Below are positions 62,256 to 64,000 of a DNA stretch of 64,000 nt, piece by piece. This DNA comes from Candidatus Binatia bacterium (GTDB lineage Bacteria > Desulfobacterota > Binatia > HRBIN30), in the NCBI GenBank assembly GCA_038245295.1, contig JBBRSP010000013.1, forward strand, positions 87,414 through 151,413, given 5' to 3'. The position numbers and the translations under genes are program-made. Below the pieces are notes generated by a model. It saw nothing but the letters and a program-made list of their open reading frames with translations, searched no databases and had not been told where the DNA came from. Every line of letters starts with the position of its first letter. Within the stretch, counting starts at the first letter, position 1.

Positions 62256-63434
62256 GTGGATTTACCGCGAATTCGTCTGAAGCCCGAACGTGAGCGCGCC
62301 GTACTCGCCGGACACCCGTGGATCTTTTCGGGCGCTGTCGACGAGGTGTCAGCCAAGGTCGAACCCGGCGAGCTGGTACGTGTCGAACGATCGACCGGCG
62401 AATTCGTCGGCTGCGGCTATGCCAATCCGCGCACGACCATCGCCGTACGTTTGTTGACACGGCAGGACGAAGCGATCGACGCGGCCTTCGTGCGCCAACG
62501 GATTGCACAGGCCTTGGCGTTGCGCGAGCGCCTTGTGCGACCCGAGACCGACGCGTTTCGCGTGCTCAACGGCGAAGGTGATTTGCTGCCGGGGGTGGTA
62601 GCCGATGTCTATGCCGGGCATGTGGTGCTGCAGTGCCTGACGGCAGGTGCAGAACGACTCAAGCCGATGGTGGTCGAGAGTCTTGCCGAACTGCTGCAGC
62701 CGCAATCGATCCTCGAGCGCAGCAGCGGCGCCGTGCGACGGGAAGAAGGCCTCGATGATGTGGAGAAGCTGCATGTCGGTGCGCTCCCCGAAGGTCCTGT
62801 CGAAATCGAAGAGCACGGCTTGCGTTTCCGCATCGATTTACAGGGCGGGCAAAAGACCGGATTCTACTGCGACCAGCGCGACAACCGCGCCCTGGTGCGT
62901 TCGCTGGCCCGCGGCCGCCGCGTCCTCAACGCCTTCGCTTTCACCGATGCGTTCGGCGTCTACGCGGCGGCCGGCGGTGCGCGTCAGGTCGTTTCGGTGG
63001 AAAGCTCGGCCAAGCTGCGACCCCTCGCGGCGGCAAACTGGGCCGCCAACGCGGTGCCGTCGATCAGCCAATTCCGCATCGCCGATGTGTCCGAATACCT
63101 GCGCGAGACAGAACATCTCTTCGATCTTCTCATCATAGATCCGCCGGCGCTGGTGCGACGGCGACAAGATGTCGAGCGCGGCGCACGGGCGTACAAAGAT
63201 GTGAACCTCTGGGCGTTCAAACGCGCCCGTGCCGATGCGTTGATGCTCACCTTCAGCTGCTCGCAGCACGTGTCGCCCGAGCTGTTCTGGAAGATCGTCG
63301 CCGGGGCGGCGGCGGATGCCGGACGCTCGGTGCAGGTGCTGCGCCGTCTCGGGCCGGGCGCCGACCACCCGGTCCTGTTGGCGCATCCTGAGGGCGAATA
63401 CTTGACAGGCTTACTTGTAAAGTTATCGACATAG
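62256..63434 (+). CDS. rlmI: RlmI-family 23S rRNA m5C methyltransferase
   Basis: GHPWIFS PUA domain, GEGD.LPG, GQKTGFY.DQRDNR, IIDPP, TFSCS, DHP....PEGEYL. Confidence 0.85.
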   Translation: MDLPRIRLKPERERAVLAGHPWIFSGAVDEVSAKVEPGELVRVERSTGEFVGCGYANPRTTIAVRLLTRQDEAIDAAFVRQRIAQALALRERLVRPETDAFRVLNGEGDLLPGVVADVYAGHVVLQCLTAGAERLKPMVVESLAELLQPQSILERSSGAVRREEGLDDVEKLHVGALPEGPVEIEEHGLRFRIDLQGGQKTGFYCDQRDNRALVRSLARGRRVLNAFAFTDAFGVYAAAGGARQVVSVESSAKLRPLAAANWAANAVPSISQFRIADVSEYLRETEHLFDLLIIDPPALVRRRQDVERGARAYKDVNLWAFKRARADALMLTFSCSQHVSPELFWKIVAGAAADAGRSVQVLRRLGPGADHPVLLAHPEGEYLTGLLVKLST

Positions 63435-63461
63435 CTCGCGCTTTCCGGCATCGTCGGCGGC

Positions 63462-64000
63462 ATGGAACACTCCACGCCGATTCACGCCTGGCCGGAAGAC
63501 GATCGCCCGCGCGAGAAACTGCTGCGCTTCGGGTGCGCGGCGCTGTCCGATGCCGAATTGCTGGCGGTCGTCCTGCGCAGCGGTGGGCGCGGCTCAAACG
63601 CACTGGACCAGGCCCGCAGCCTACTGCTGCGTATCGGCGGATGGCGTGAGCTGGCCGCGGCCGGCGCCGGTGAGTTGTGTGCCATCTCCGGCTTGGGTCC
63701 AGCCAAGGCGGCACAAGTCCTGGCGGTCCTCGAGATCGCCAAACGCTTCGGTCAGTGCGAATTCAAGCCGGGCCAAAGCTTCGTCAGCTCCGCTGATGTC
63801 TATCAGCATTTCCGCGAACGTCTGGCGAGTGAACGACGTGAGCACTTTTACGCGGTCTTGCTGGACAACAAACATCGCAAGATCAAAGACGTCGCTGTTT
63901 CCCAGGGCTCGCTGACCTCGAGTGTGGTGCATCCGCGCGACGTGTTCATGCCGGTGGTGCGCGAGTCGGCCGCCGCGGTGATCTTCGTGCACAACCATCC
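63462..64000 (+). CDS. radC: RadC/JAB (MPN) domain protein, runs off the window end
   Basis: WPEDDRPREKLL..G..ALSDAELLAVVLRSG, GLGPAKA, EHFY, VHPRDVF, IFVHNH. Confidence 0.92.
   Translation, partial: MEHSTPIHAWPEDDRPREKLLRFGCAALSDAELLAVVLRSGGRGSNALDQARSLLLRIGGWRELAAAGAGELCAISGLGPAKAAQVLAVLEIAKRFGQCEFKPGQSFVSSADVYQHFRERLASERREHFYAVLLDNKHRKIKDVAVSQGSLTSSVVHPRDVFMPVVRESAAAVIFVHNH

Overview
GC-rich bacterial chromosomal window. Thr/Pro-linker surface proteins and a CxGDCxxDGxVTVxEL dockerin-like protein suggest Ca. Binatota; this is inference only. The centrepiece is a ~22 kb nitrogen-oxide respiratory island (30140-52527) around a Crp/Fnr regulator. On the + strand is a translationally coupled operon: hemerythrin, DsrL/GltD-like NAD-linked flavo-Fe-S protein, Tat Rieske, fused cytochrome b, heptahaem cytochrome c, Tat-exported Nitrospira/anammox-type NxrA, NxrB, soluble EbdC-like NxrC, TorD-family chaperone and an alginate-export-family porin. 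It is preceded by a Crp/Fnr palindrome with class II promoter geometry. On the - strand are nnrS, pseudogene fragments and a second, cytoplasmic NasA/NapA-like molybdoenzyme module (membrane subunit, 4Fe-4S protein, Rieske, small membrane protein, HPP-family protein, hemerythrin). Elsewhere: two 187-bp MITE/REPIN-like elements bracketing a Tat-lipoprotein carotenoid-oxygenase gene, a 2805-aa repeat adhesin, an integrase-less attC cassette, hicBA with degenerate attC-like sites, an RND efflux operon, and housekeeping genes (pyk, rpiB, corA, rlmI-like, partial radC). No rRNA, tRNA or CRISPR array was seen. All calls come from motif recognition by eye; no database searches were run.
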